From a virus (taxonomy: Duplodnaviria > Caudoviricetes), in IMG/VR virus record IMGVR_UViG_3300014208_001442, positions 1 through 37,699 of that record: a stretch of DNA of 37,699 nt; one strand, written 5' to 3'. Positions 9,560 through 19,586 of this stretch are shown here, piece by piece. The position numbers were made by a program, and so were the translations under genes. The notes under the pieces were generated by a model that searched no databases, was not told the DNA's origin, and saw only the letters and a list, made by a program, of their open reading frames with translations. The stretch's first letter is position 1; every line of letters starts with the position of its first letter.

Positions 9560-9760
9560 TCACTGCTCCTTTTGGTAATTCGTCGGAGGATAGACGCCAA
9601 GCTGTCGCATCATCCATTCGCCGAGGCAGGTCGAACACACCGCGAACATCGCCTTTCCCTCCTTTTCCTTTGGAAGAACCTTCCTAATGCGAAATTTGAA
9701 GACGGTTGCGTCAGCCTCTACGCATGAGCAGGTCGAGCACGGGATGGAATTCGTTGCCAT
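9560..9760 (-). CDS. Small Cys-rich (possible Zn-binding) hypothetical protein
   Basis: CSTCSC...CSTC; TATG start right after the upstream stop. Confidence 0.55.
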   Translation of the reverse strand: MATNSIPCSTCSCVEADATVFKFRIRKVLPKEKEGKAMFAVCSTCLGEWMMRQLGVYPPTNYQKEQ

Positions 9761-9762
9761 AG

Positions 9763-12345
9763 TTAGCTCTGCCGCATCGACAGGTAATAATTATTGTTGA
9801 GCCCGATGGTGCGCGCGACGGATGTTTGCGTCTCGATGCCGAAGCTCAGTTCCCAATCGGTAGCCCCGGTCGGAATGTTCGTGCTGATTGTCGCCACGGC
9901 CACGCCGTTTATGTAGAAGACGACCGAGGTCGCGGCCGTGTAGACGAACGAGTAGGTGTTCCACCGGTTGAGCGTTACGAAGCTTGAGATGTCCGTCCTG
10001 GTCTGGGTGGTCCCGTTCGCGACCGAGGCATAGAGTGTTCCGTCGTCGAGCAGGAACGCGATGTGGCGCTCCGTGGTGGTCGCGTCGTCCGGCACGTCCG
10101 GCGACGTTACCGTCGTTCGGCATCCGAGCCCCCAGATTCCGTTCTGGAGCGTAGTCGCATCAACGCGGATCTGGCATGAGAACCACGAGCTGTTGTCCCA
10201 GTCGAGATCCCCAGGAGACGAGTCCCACAGGAGGCCATCGTTGCCGTGGAGAGTTGCAGCGCGGCCGGCCACAGCACCCGTGGCGATGGTCGTCTGAGCC
10301 GGGTTGGTGCGCGCGATCGTAAATCCCGTGTCGCCCTCGGCAATCAAGCCGTCTGCTTTGTTGCCGATGAAATATGTGTCAGGGGATAACAGCTGAACCT
10401 TTGTAAAAATGGCGGAACCATCCTCGAACAAAACGAATGGTGCTGTCGCTCTGTTAGCAAAGGTCGAGCCAGCCCACCAACGTACGTCATTCCCTGCCGT
10501 TACCGTGGAAGCCATCCCAAAGCTGTCCGCGACATCCCGAACGTAATCAGAACCCAGGACGAAGCCCCCAAGGTTCCCAGAAGGCGCGGACAGAGTTCCT
10601 GCGAAAGTTGCTGCCCCGGTGGCGGCGTCGAGCGTAAAGGTGGCGACTCCCGCCGCCGCCCCGACAATTCCTCCCCGATACACCAACACGCCGGATCCGC
10701 CCGTGATGGCCCCGGTCGTCGTGTTCCAAGTTATCGTGCCGGAGCTGACGGCACCGGCGTAGTCCGACGCACCGAACGTGAATCCGGCGAGCATGGTTTT
10801 CGCGGACGAGTCCAGTCGCGCGTTGATCAGGTCTGTAATGACGTTTCCGGATGAATTGATCGCCGCCGCGACCGTGGCGGTGGACCTGCCGGAAATCGTG
10901 CCGGCAATAGTAGCGGTATTGGCGGTAAGATTTCCGGCTTCCGTCACGAAGAACGGGGCGGTAGCCCTGTTCGAGAAGGTAGAGCCCGCCCAAAAGCGAA
11001 CGTCGTCCGATCCGGAAACGGTCGACGCCATGCCCATCGAGTCCGCGGCATCGCGGATATAGTCGCTTCCAAGCACGAACCCGCCCAAGTTTCCGGACGG
11101 CGCTGAGAGGGTCCCGGCAAAAGTGGCGGCACCCGTCGCGGCGTCCAGGGTGAACGTAGCCACTCCCGCGCTCGCTCCGACGATGCCTCCTCGGTAGACA
11201 AGCGTGCCAGATCCACCGGTTATCGCTCCCGTGGTCGTGTTCCAGGTGATGGTTCCTGCGGACAATGCGCCAGAATAATCCGCCGCGCCGAAGGTGAATC
11301 CCGAAAGCATCGTCTTCGCGGAACTGTCGAGCCTGGCGTTGATGAGATCCGTGATGAGATTTCCGGACGAGTTGATCGCGGCTGCAACGGTCGCGGTGGA
11401 ACGGCCGGAAATGGTCCCGGTGATAGCGGCGGACGTGGCGGTGAGCGCGCCGGCCTGCGTGACGGTGAAGCTCGGGCTTCCGGTCGGGCCGGCCGAGAAC
11501 GCGGTGGAGCCCGAAGACATCGTGGTCGTGTTTCCTCCGGCCGACGCAGAAAGGGTGGTCGCCCCGATGTCGAATCCTCCGATTACGCCGTCCGGGGCGG
11601 AGAGCGTGCCGGCGAAGGTGGCGTCGCCCGTGGTCGCGTCTATGACGAAGGTTGCCACCCCGCCGGACGCGCCGATGATTCCTCCCCGGTAGAGCAGGAC
11701 TCCCGACCCACCCGTCAGCGCGCCGGTTGTGGTGTTCCACGTGATGGTTCCGGACGAGACGGCACCCGCGTAGTCGGCGGCACCGAAGGTGAATCCGGCT
11801 AGAAGCGTCTTGGCGGACGAGTTCAAGCGCGCGTTCAGGATGTCCGTGATCAGATTTCCGGAGGCGTCGATGGCCCCGGCAATGGTGGCCGTAGAGCGTC
11901 CGGAAACCGTTCCGACGATAGTCGCGGAGTTCGCCGTCAAGTTTCCCGCCTCGGTGACGAAGAAGGGCGCTACTCCCCTGTTGGCGAACGTATCTCCCGC
12001 CCAGAACCTCACGTCGTCGCCGACGGTGACGGTGGAGGCCATCCCAAAGTTATTGCCAGCGTCGCGGATGTAGTCCGTTCCGATGACGAAGCCGCCGATC
12101 GCCCCGGCAATCGCCGTGATCGTTCCCGAGATGATCGCGCCGGTCGCCATGAGAATCCCCAGCATCGACACGGAGAACGTCGCGTCGGCGAATCTCTTCG
12201 CGCCGAGCCAGATGCCGCTCTTGTCCGCATGGTACGAGGTATTTCCGTCCCCAACGTTCACCTCGCTCAGGCTCTGGCGCGAAGAATCGCCCGGTTCGGC
12301 GGGGGCGATGGGATCAAGGTTTCGAAAGTCGAGCTTCCTAGCCAT
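9763..12345 (-). CDS. Tail fibre / receptor-binding protein with internal repeats
   Basis: Gly/Thr/Ala-rich, ~3.3 tandem ~170-aa repeats, C-terminal LamG/lectin-like segment (WNTYSFVY...VVFYINGVAVAT). Confidence 0.75.
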   Translation of the reverse strand: MARKLDFRNLDPIAPAEPGDSSRQSLSEVNVGDGNTSYHADKSGIWLGAKRFADATFSVSMLGILMATGAIISGTITAIAGAIGGFVIGTDYIRDAGNNFGMASTVTVGDDVRFWAGDTFANRGVAPFFVTEAGNLTANSATIVGTVSGRSTATIAGAIDASGNLITDILNARLNSSAKTLLAGFTFGAADYAGAVSSGTITWNTTTGALTGGSGVLLYRGGIIGASGGVATFVIDATTGDATFAGTLSAPDGVIGGFDIGATTLSASAGGNTTTMSSGSTAFSAGPTGSPSFTVTQAGALTATSAAITGTISGRSTATVAAAINSSGNLITDLINARLDSSAKTMLSGFTFGAADYSGALSAGTITWNTTTGAITGGSGTLVYRGGIVGASAGVATFTLDAATGAATFAGTLSAPSGNLGGFVLGSDYIRDAADSMGMASTVSGSDDVRFWAGSTFSNRATAPFFVTEAGNLTANTATIAGTISGRSTATVAAAINSSGNVITDLINARLDSSAKTMLAGFTFGASDYAGAVSSGTITWNTTTGAITGGSGVLVYRGGIVGAAAGVATFTLDAATGAATFAGTLSAPSGNLGGFVLGSDYVRDVADSFGMASTVTAGNDVRWWAGSTFANRATAPFVLFEDGSAIFTKVQLLSPDTYFIGNKADGLIAEGDTGFTIARTNPAQTTIATGAVAGRAATLHGNDGLLWDSSPGDLDWDNSSWFSCQIRVDATTLQNGIWGLGCRTTVTSPDVPDDATTTERHIAFLLDDGTLYASVANGTTQTRTDISSFVTLNRWNTYSFVYTAATSVVFYINGVAVATISTNIPTGATDWELSFGIETQTSVARTIGLNNNYYLSMRQS
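10420..12097 (-). repeat. Tandem ~500-bp coding repeats within tail fibre
   Basis: GRSTAT...NARL(D/N)SSAKT...GTITWNTTTGA...ATFAGTLSAP occurs three times; GGFV(I/L)G.DY.RD...DVR(F/W)WAG occurs three times. Confidence 0.9.
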
Positions 12346-12346
12346 A

Positions 12347-14050
12347 TCAGTATGAGATTATGGCCTGTTCAACCTCCGGCGTGTCGTCGGCGCTCGTCAC
12401 CAGGACCACACGCCACTGGATCGTGTTCGCGCCGGTCACGGCGACTTCCACGTACACCAGGCTGTTGATCGAGTCGACGACGACCGTGTCCTCTGTCCAC
12501 GATCCGTTGTTGACCTTGTGGTAGACCTTGATGCTCGTTCCGGACGGGATCGACCGGTAAGGCACCTTGATCGTGCAATCCTTCGAGGTCTCCCGGTCCA
12601 TGTTGATGACCCTGCTTTCGAAGAACGGACCTGGCACGGTCGCGCCGTCTACCGTGAGTGATCCCTGCTTCGCCGCGTCGTCCACGGCGTCAACGCCGTA
12701 GGTCAGGGCCGTGTGCACTCCAGACTGACTGCCGGACGTGTTCACGCGTCCCGTCGAGCCGCCGGCGACGCCGTGCGCGGAAGTGTCATACAGATTGAAA
12801 GTGTCCGTGGCGACGTTTCCAACGTAGTAGACCGTCCCCGCTGTGATACCTGTCGGAAGCGCGCCGGTCGTGGAGAAAACGATGGCGTCCCCGTTCGAGA
12901 GTCCGTGCGCGGTGTATGTCACGACGCCCGGCGAGGCTATGGTCACGGTAATGGTCGCGCTTTGCCTCCATGAGATGAGCAGGGTGGACCCGTAAAGCGT
13001 GAGCGTCCCGATTTCCACGCCCGCGATGCGCCCTGTGCTGATCGGGTGCTCCAGGTTCAAAATCGTCGGGAAGGACGGGCTGAACCGCCCCAATGAGAAG
13101 ACGCCCTGGTCGCATGGGTCGCCTGACACGTTGGAAACCCCGAACAGCGACGTGCCGTTCTTGTTCTCGACCGCCTCGGGATTGATGGTCGCCGTCTTGC
13201 TCTTCTTCCAGTCCCCCGGAATGCGCCTGTACTGCGCGAGCTGGCTTCCGTCGTAGCCGTAGATAAACCCCTTCTCGCCGGCGGCGACGAGCGTCTGGTT
13301 GTCCCCGGCGAGGAACGCGGTGATTCCCACCTCCGGCACGTCGTCCGCGACGCTGAAAGAATCCGACCACGTGTTCCAACGGTAAATCTGGGTGCCCACC
13401 ACCTTCGTTCCGATGAATATCCCGCTCAGCACGTCCGTGAAGTAGCGTCCCAGCGCGGAGATGCGCTTCGAGAGGCCGATCGGCGTCGGAAAATCCAAAG
13501 CGTCGGCGGAAAAAGTCCCGTCGTCCACCTGCGCGATCAAATTTCCGTCCCCGATGTAGAGGACGAGGTTTTGCTCCGTCATCGGATGGAACGACGCGTC
13601 CGTCTTCGTGAAGGTGGCAAAGTCGAGGCCAGCGCCCGGAACCCATGTCGCCGTGAGCGCGTCGGCCGTGGAAATGCGATGCAGCCGGCTCTCGGTGGCC
13701 CAGAACACGTACCCGTTGTACTCGCGCGCGCCGGTGCAGACGGAGGAACCCGCGCCGGCGACCGTCGTGTACGCGAGCGAGTAGACGCCGGCCGAGGAAC
13801 GACGCCAAACCTTTCCCGAGTTGTTGGAGAACAGATATGTCTCGCCGTTCGAGCAGTTGACTCGCGCCTTGATGAAACCGTCGACCAGGCCGATCCCGCT
13901 TTTCCGCGCGGCGCGCTGGTTCGCCCTGATGATTCCCGGTTCGCCGTGCAGGTCGAGCCCGACCGCCCGCGCCACGGAATCCGCGAGGCCAAGATATTTC
14001 GTGTCCGCGATTCCCCCGAGGACTGGATCCTTTATGAAGATGTCGGGCAT
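12347..14050 (-). CDS. Tail nozzle/tubular beta-propeller-type virion protein with FCCH-like insertion
   Basis: Beta-rich repeats, size and position typical of a podophage nozzle; insertion ASPGVVTYTAHGLSNGDAIVF. Confidence 0.6.
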   Translation of the reverse strand: MPDIFIKDPVLGGIADTKYLGLADSVARAVGLDLHGEPGIIRANQRAARKSGIGLVDGFIKARVNCSNGETYLFSNNSGKVWRRSSAGVYSLAYTTVAGAGSSVCTGAREYNGYVFWATESRLHRISTADALTATWVPGAGLDFATFTKTDASFHPMTEQNLVLYIGDGNLIAQVDDGTFSADALDFPTPIGLSKRISALGRYFTDVLSGIFIGTKVVGTQIYRWNTWSDSFSVADDVPEVGITAFLAGDNQTLVAAGEKGFIYGYDGSQLAQYRRIPGDWKKSKTATINPEAVENKNGTSLFGVSNVSGDPCDQGVFSLGRFSPSFPTILNLEHPISTGRIAGVEIGTLTLYGSTLLISWRQSATITVTIASPGVVTYTAHGLSNGDAIVFSTTGALPTGITAGTVYYVGNVATDTFNLYDTSAHGVAGGSTGRVNTSGSQSGVHTALTYGVDAVDDAAKQGSLTVDGATVPGPFFESRVINMDRETSKDCTIKVPYRSIPSGTSIKVYHKVNNGSWTEDTVVVDSINSLVYVEVAVTGANTIQWRVVLVTSADDTPEVEQAIISY

Positions 14051-14054
14051 AGGA

Positions 14055-15251
14055 TTAACGGTTACGTTCGGTCGAGGACCACGATTTAACCGCGCGCGCA
14101 GTGCTGGTCCACGCCTTCGATGAGCGGATCGTGGAAGTCCACGACTTCGCGGCGCGGACCGTGCCTGTCCAGACCCTTGAGGAACGCACGGTGGAATTCC
14201 ACGACTTTGCCGCCCGGGCCGTCGAGGACCACGCGCCTGCGGTCATTCCGTTGAGCAGGATCAGGATCCGGGCCGCAGCAGTGACGGATTCGGTCAGCAT
14301 CTTGCCAAGTGTCCTGACGAAGGAATCGTGCGCGGTGACGGTCTCCGAAACGTTCCGTCCTTGAATGCGACCGACGAGCGACGATCCGGCGAGTACAAGG
14401 GCGTTCGCGATTGACTTTGAGACAGACCTGTATATGGAATCGGAGACCCCGAGGGACAGGTCGATGGACCTGCCGACCGTTTTGGAGAACGAGCCGACGA
14501 GCGTGACGGTTTGGGCAAGCGTCATCGCAAGCAGCCTTTGCGCCAGGAACGTCGTGACGAGCGTGACGGCTGCCGACAATGTTTTCGTGGTCGTCCGGAC
14601 GACGGACGCGGCCAGCGTGACCGCCTCGGAGATCGAGGCGTGCAGCAGTCGGGCGTTGGAAATAGCGTCCGTAAGAACCACAGACTGAGACAGGGAGCGC
14701 GTCAGCGTTCTGGCAAGCGATCCGACGACGGTTACTGTTGTTGAGATCACCTTGCCGGCGCCCCTGGCGACGGAATCGACGAGCGTCGCGATCTCCGTCC
14801 TCGTGACATAGGCCGTCCTCTGGTAGGCAAACGTCGCTGTAAGAACGAGCGTATCCGCGAGAGACTTGGAAGCCGATCGCGAGAAGGTAGCCACGAGCGT
14901 GACCGTTTCTGAAAGGAGCCTGAGCGGTCCCCTGACCAACGAGTCGACAAGAGCGACAGTTTGCGCGAATGCCTTTGCCGGAACGCGGACCATACCCGCC
15001 ACGAGCGTCAACGTTTGCTGCAGGGCCTTCGTCGGTCCCTTCGCCAGCGACGCGACCAACGTGATGGTCTCCGTGAGTGGCTGGGAGTAGGACGCGCCGC
15101 CGGAATAGTCATTCGCGACGAACGGACCGCCGAGATAGGCGTAGTCCATTCCAGCGAGCACCACGGCGGACTTAGCGGGAACATAAACGAACGGACCGCC
15201 CATATAGACGTAATCCATCGTCTGCAGATTCGTCGGGGTGGGCAGAGCCAT
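14055..15251 (-). CDS. Thr/Val/Ser-rich repeat virion protein
   Basis: ~19-21-aa repeats (xETVTLVxS); C-terminal 10-aa repeats W-x-S-T-x-R-x-x-K-S. Confidence 0.7.
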   Translation of the reverse strand: MALPTPTNLQTMDYVYMGGPFVYVPAKSAVVLAGMDYAYLGGPFVANDYSGGASYSQPLTETITLVASLAKGPTKALQQTLTLVAGMVRVPAKAFAQTVALVDSLVRGPLRLLSETVTLVATFSRSASKSLADTLVLTATFAYQRTAYVTRTEIATLVDSVARGAGKVISTTVTVVGSLARTLTRSLSQSVVLTDAISNARLLHASISEAVTLAASVVRTTTKTLSAAVTLVTTFLAQRLLAMTLAQTVTLVGSFSKTVGRSIDLSLGVSDSIYRSVSKSIANALVLAGSSLVGRIQGRNVSETVTAHDSFVRTLGKMLTESVTAAARILILLNGMTAGAWSSTARAAKSWNSTVRSSRVWTGTVRAAKSWTSTIRSSKAWTSTARAVKSWSSTERNR

Positions 15252-15254
15252 AGG

Positions 15255-15476
15255 CTATTCGGACGCGGCGAAGCGTCTCAGTTCCTCGATTTCCGCCTGG
15301 AGTCTGGCGACCTCCTGGCTCTTGAGGTAGATGTCCGCCTCCGCATCCACGCGTTCCGCGGATGGTTGCGCGTCGAAGCTCAGGTAGATCGATTCGTCGT
15401 CCGACACCGCCACGCGGAGGGTGCGGCGTTCTCCGCCGAGGTCAAGCTCGTTTTCCAAAATTTCGTACTTTGGCAT
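15255..15476 (-). CDS. Small acidic hypothetical protein (possible fibre chaperone)
   Basis: Tightly packed between fibre-like genes; TATG start. Confidence 0.6.
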   Translation of the reverse strand: MPKYEILENELDLGGERRTLRVAVSDDESIYLSFDAQPSAERVDAEADIYLKSQEVARLQAEIEELRRFAASE

Positions 15477-15477
15477 A

Positions 15478-17718
15478 TCAGGCTTGGGTTATGGTCATGT
15501 CGTCGACGTATCCGTTGTAGGTCGTGCCGCCGTAGGCTTCCGCCGTGATCTCCACGATCCCGGCCTCGTTCGGCGTGAACGTGATCGTCAGCTCCTCGTA
15601 GGTGTCGGCGGCTGCGGTCATGCTGGACGTTACGTCCGCCGCGACACCGCCGATCTGCCCGCCCTTGCATACGAGGCGCATGGTGAGGCCCGTGTTGCTT
15701 CGTCGCATCCACGCTTTGACCGTCACGAGCGCCGACGCGGCGCAGGCGATCTTCGCGATGGACAGGACGAGCGGATACGCTGCGTTTCTTGTCGTGCTGG
15801 TGGGTGACATCCTCCACGCCAGTCCGGATGCCGTATGCCGCACGGTCGCCTCCGACGCCATGCGTCCTCCGTCCGTGAATATCTGATGGTTATCCGCGGT
15901 CGTGTCGTGCTTGTGCGAAAAGACCGCGCTTCCGGTCAACGTGTCGCTGACCGCGACTTCCGTGGATTCCCCGATGCTGGCGTTGATGAGAAAGTGAATG
16001 CCGGTCCTCAGGCGGATGCCGCCCGTCCCGTTTCCGGAAGTCACCATGTCGATCACCCTCACTCCGTCCGTGCTCCCGATGAACTGCAGCCCGTATTCCC
16101 CGTTGTTCCGAAGCGACGGAAGGCTCTTGAAAATGTCGAATTTCCCGAAGGAATTTAGGCCGTCCGCCGCATTTCCGTTGGCGGCGTAGATGACGGGCAC
16201 GATATTTTTCCCGCCAGGAAAGGCGGACGCGAGCGTTCCAAGCCCGGTGTCTGCGTTGTAGTTCAGCGCGTATGCTGTGAGCGTAATGAGCGTTGATGTC
16301 CCCGAGACTGATATGCCGCGCCCGGAGTTGTTGTTGGAATGGACGTGGTCGATCGTGAATCCTTCCTGGTTTCCCAATGCGATCCCGTGGTTGTAACGGA
16401 CGAACGAGATGTAATCTAACGAAAGATAGTCGCCGCTATTCGCGACGGAGAACCCCGTACCAAGTCCGTTCAACCCGTCGAACCACGTCTCGATGTCTCG
16501 CGTCGTCATGGCCGTCCTGTCCCACCCGCCGCTGTAGGTGATATACGAGGCCGCCGTTCCGTCCTCGGTCGCGGCCTGCACAAGAGTGGTGGAGAGCGCC
16601 GCCATGTCCGTCTTTATCGTCTCTCGCTTGTACGCGGTGACCGTTTCCGAGACGCCGGAGTATCCGCGGTAAGTCGTCGCGGTCGGGAGGACGTTCTCCC
16701 CCTGGTCGAGCATCACTCGGGTGTCCTTGATGGACTGGATCGCGCACCAAGTCTCCGTCCCGGTGTTCTTTCCAATGAGACTCTGCAGCGAGAGGGAATC
16801 CGCGCTCGTCTTGTCCTTTACCGCCGTGATGTTGTCGATGAGGAACGTCTGCGCCCCGTTGTCGGTGACGACGTTGAACGACACGGACTGGATGGACGCG
16901 CCGAGGGCCGATCCCTTGTCCACGGTCACTGGAACCCATCGGTTGAGGGCCACGAGGTTCGGGATGTCGAAGGTGTCCACCGGGGTTGCCCCGGCAGCGT
17001 CGCTGCACAGCTTGATCTGCGTGGCCCCGGCCGCGCCGATGTTCCCGGCCGTCTGCTTGATCCAGAAGGAAATCTGTTTGTACCCGCTGAAGTCCGTCGC
17101 TCCCGCGAGGGCCTTGTATGCCGCCAGGCCCGTGCCGAATGCCCCCGCGATCACGATCGAGCTGGCACCGTAGCCCTCCTTGAAGTCCGCGGTCGTGATG
17201 GTCGCCGTGACGTTCGCGCTCTGCGTCCATGCGCCGGACTGGAATCCGCAGTCCTGAATTTCCTTCGTGACGGCGGAGGCGAGAGTGACGCGGCAGTTGT
17301 TTACCTTTCTGAACGTGCCGGACGCGCCGCCGACGCCGTTCCCCACCGAGCCGACAAGCTCGAACGTGGAGGACGTGAGCACGTTCACTTCCCACGTCCC
17401 GTTCGCGTTGGTGTTGGTCGTGTGCCCGGTGACGACGACGGTATCGCCCGTCGTGAGCCCGTGAGACGCACGGGTGATGACGATCGGCGTCGCGTTCGTG
17501 CTGCTTGTGATTGAAATGGTGGCGGGGAGGGGGCCGTCAGTCCAGGTCCCGTTGACGCCGAGGCTCGTAGGGGCCGGGGAACCCATTATGCGGACCGTGT
17601 CACCGGGGGCGATGCGCGCGGCCGTCGCGCCCAACGTCAAAGTTTTCCATCGGTTGGCGAAGGAAGTCCCGTCGGCGGCATCGCTGCCGCCCTCGTAGTC
17701 GAGATAGAACGTGGACAT
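15478..17718 (-). CDS. Tail spike/appendage protein with FCCH-like domain and probable beta-helix
   Basis: Start refined to ATG 17718; TNATPIVITRASHGLTTGDTVVVTG domain; Asn/Gly ladder repeats (NNNSGRGI, YNADTGL, GNAADGL, NNGEYGL, GNGTGGI). Confidence 0.65.
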   Translation of the reverse strand: MSTFYLDYEGGSDAADGTSFANRWKTLTLGATAARIAPGDTVRIMGSPAPTSLGVNGTWTDGPLPATISITSSTNATPIVITRASHGLTTGDTVVVTGHTTNTNANGTWEVNVLTSSTFELVGSVGNGVGGASGTFRKVNNCRVTLASAVTKEIQDCGFQSGAWTQSANVTATITTADFKEGYGASSIVIAGAFGTGLAAYKALAGATDFSGYKQISFWIKQTAGNIGAAGATQIKLCSDAAGATPVDTFDIPNLVALNRWVPVTVDKGSALGASIQSVSFNVVTDNGAQTFLIDNITAVKDKTSADSLSLQSLIGKNTGTETWCAIQSIKDTRVMLDQGENVLPTATTYRGYSGVSETVTAYKRETIKTDMAALSTTLVQAATEDGTAASYITYSGGWDRTAMTTRDIETWFDGLNGLGTGFSVANSGDYLSLDYISFVRYNHGIALGNQEGFTIDHVHSNNNSGRGISVSGTSTLITLTAYALNYNADTGLGTLASAFPGGKNIVPVIYAANGNAADGLNSFGKFDIFKSLPSLRNNGEYGLQFIGSTDGVRVIDMVTSGNGTGGIRLRTGIHFLINASIGESTEVAVSDTLTGSAVFSHKHDTTADNHQIFTDGGRMASEATVRHTASGLAWRMSPTSTTRNAAYPLVLSIAKIACAASALVTVKAWMRRSNTGLTMRLVCKGGQIGGVAADVTSSMTAAADTYEELTITFTPNEAGIVEITAEAYGGTTYNGYVDDMTITQA

Positions 17719-17776
17719 ACCGGCCAATACTTAGGTTATTCGAGGCAAGATTTTCAAAATGGCGGTTTCCACGGGC

Positions 17777-18454
17777 CTAGTCCACGTCGATCGTCCACGT
17801 GACGGAAAGGCTGTCGCCGCTCACCACGTTCACAGCGGAGAACACCTGGCGAGCAAGGAGCGTACCGGCCGCACCGGCGTTCAGCACCCCGGACTCGGTG
17901 ACCGCCTTCGTGCCGGACACCGAGAAGGTTGTCGTGAGGCGCGCCGAGTCGTTCGTCACGTCGGTCGTGACGCGCGAGGCGGTCGCGGAGACGCGCGCTA
18001 GGCCGGAATCCGTGATCTCTGACTCAAGCGTCGTGTCGGTCACGGCTGCGGCGGTCGTGCCGATGCCCACGGCGATGTAGACGAACGCGGCCTCAGCCCC
18101 CGAACCGTTGATGCGCGAGGCGACGCCCGCCGCGCCCGCGTTCGTGATCAGGTTGGCGACGACGCGCTTGTCCGACCAGAATCCGAGCAGGGGCGAGACG
18201 AGCCAGGCGAGCTTCCCGTTGATCCAGTTCGGGTTGAGAAGGTTCGACTTGAGCAGGAACCGGGCGAGCGCGTTCTCCTGAAACATCGGCTTCACGACGC
18301 CGTGCGCCGGGACCGGAAGGTCCTGGCTCTCGAAGAACTGCGCCTTCTTGCAGGAATTTTTCGCGCAGTCGGAACAGTGCAGGAGCTTGTACTCGACGTT
18401 TTCGGCGTTGCCGAGAGGCATTTTCGCGCCGACCTTCTTCTTCGATCCGATCAT
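17777..18454 (-). CDS. Phage structural protein (tail-fibre/collar N-terminal-like fold)
   Basis: NLITNAG...YIAVGIGTTAAAVTDTTLESE...TESGVLNA...LLARQVF...DSLSVTWTI pattern common in phage tail proteins. Confidence 0.65.
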   Translation of the reverse strand: MIGSKKKVGAKMPLGNAENVEYKLLHCSDCAKNSCKKAQFFESQDLPVPAHGVVKPMFQENALARFLLKSNLLNPNWINGKLAWLVSPLLGFWSDKRVVANLITNAGAAGVASRINGSGAEAAFVYIAVGIGTTAAAVTDTTLESEITDSGLARVSATASRVTTDVTNDSARLTTTFSVSGTKAVTESGVLNAGAAGTLLARQVFSAVNVVSGDSLSVTWTIDVD

Positions 18455-18465
18455 ATGCGTTTTGG

Positions 18466-18834
18466 TTATGATTCCTCTTCCGGTCCCATGAGCGCGGCGA
18501 CCGTCTCGCGCGCCTTCTCCTGCGCGGCGTCGTTGTCCGCGTTCTTCTCGGCAAGCACGGCGTCGGAATCGAGAACAGCCACCATCGCGTCCAGTTCGCG
18601 CGTGATGTCCTCCTTCGGCGTGGCGAGCGCGAATCCCAGGCTGCGCTCGCAGACGGGCACCTGGATCGTCTCGCCCACCTCGATTCCCTGCTCGACGAAA
18701 TCCGGGTTCGCGTCCATGTCCGCGTCGTCCACGATCCGGTCCTCGTAGACCTGTACCCGCACGTCGATGTAATCGGCGTCCTTCTCGTGGTCCCGGGCGA
18801 CCTTCGCCTCAAGTATCTCGTAGCTGTGTCGCAT
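18466..18834 (-). CDS. Acidic hypothetical protein
   Basis: In operon, aaaaaccctATG start, phage-like codon usage. Confidence 0.65.
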   Translation of the reverse strand: MRHSYEILEAKVARDHEKDADYIDVRVQVYEDRIVDDADMDANPDFVEQGIEVGETIQVPVCERSLGFALATPKEDITRELDAMVAVLDSDAVLAEKNADNDAAQEKARETVAALMGPEEES

Positions 18835-18844
18835 AGGGTTTTTG

Positions 18845-19549
18845 TTAATATTCCGATCCGTCGGACTCGGGGGCCGACACCGTCGTCGTACGGTCCAGGT
18901 TTCCCTGTCCGAGCGTCGCGAGGGCCTTTTCGAGATCGATGTCGTAGCGCAGCTCGCGCGGCGATAACGGGACTGGCTTCGGCCGGCTACCCTTCCACGT
19001 GATTGCGACGAGGCGCGCCAGCAGCTCGTGGAACGGGCGCGGCCAGCCGAACGTGGTCGTGGAGGGATCCACGGCCATGTCGGTCGTGAGCGAGAGGTCG
19101 GTGAAATCCGCCGGATAGATGATCGCGCGAAGCTTGAGGCCGTTCGTGACTGCGGCGATGGCGTCCCCGTTCAGGATGTACAGGGCGCGCCTCACGATGT
19201 CGTACGCCGGCTTGCGGTCGGCGAAGTTGAGCCGGATGTTGGTCTCGTCCATCGGGAATCCGAGGGAGTTCATGTCCGTCTCGACCAGGTGCTCAAGGTT
19301 CTCGCCGTCGAGCATCGCCTCCACGTACTTGATCTGCATCTGCTCGTCCGGCATCGCGTACTCGCGCGTGTCCGCCTCAAGGTCGCGATAAAACGGCATG
19401 AGGAACAAGTCCTCGTTCTTCTCGATGATCTGTCCGGCCAATTCGTCCTTGCCCGCGTTCGCCAACAGCAGAAGCTCGGTGTCCCCGAGCGTCGTGGAGT
19501 TGGTCTTGGTGTAGTTGCGTACCAGCGACGCGAATTTCGGGTATGTCAT
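18845..19549 (-). CDS. Head-tail adaptor protein (podophage type)
   Basis: Size and position after capsid; LEADTREYAMP and PRPFHELLA motifs typical of adaptors. Confidence 0.65.
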   Translation of the reverse strand: MTYPKFASLVRNYTKTNSTTLGDTELLLLANAGKDELAGQIIEKNEDLFLMPFYRDLEADTREYAMPDEQMQIKYVEAMLDGENLEHLVETDMNSLGFPMDETNIRLNFADRKPAYDIVRRALYILNGDAIAAVTNGLKLRAIIYPADFTDLSLTTDMAVDPSTTTFGWPRPFHELLARLVAITWKGSRPKPVPLSPRELRYDIDLEKALATLGQGNLDRTTTVSAPESDGSEY

Positions 19550-19586
19550 AGCGGTGGAGGATTAGGCGGTTTCCTTCCCGCCGGGA

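Noticed and set aside
9763-12345. DGR template/variable repeat pair in the tail fibre
   Set aside because: Repeat differences are mostly synonymous and not adenine-specific; no reverse transcriptase in the window
14058-14232. 30-bp periodic repeats as a CRISPR array
   Set aside because: In-frame degenerate coding repeats with no unique spacers and no cas genes; the PD-(D/E)XK domain lacks the Cas4 cysteine cluster
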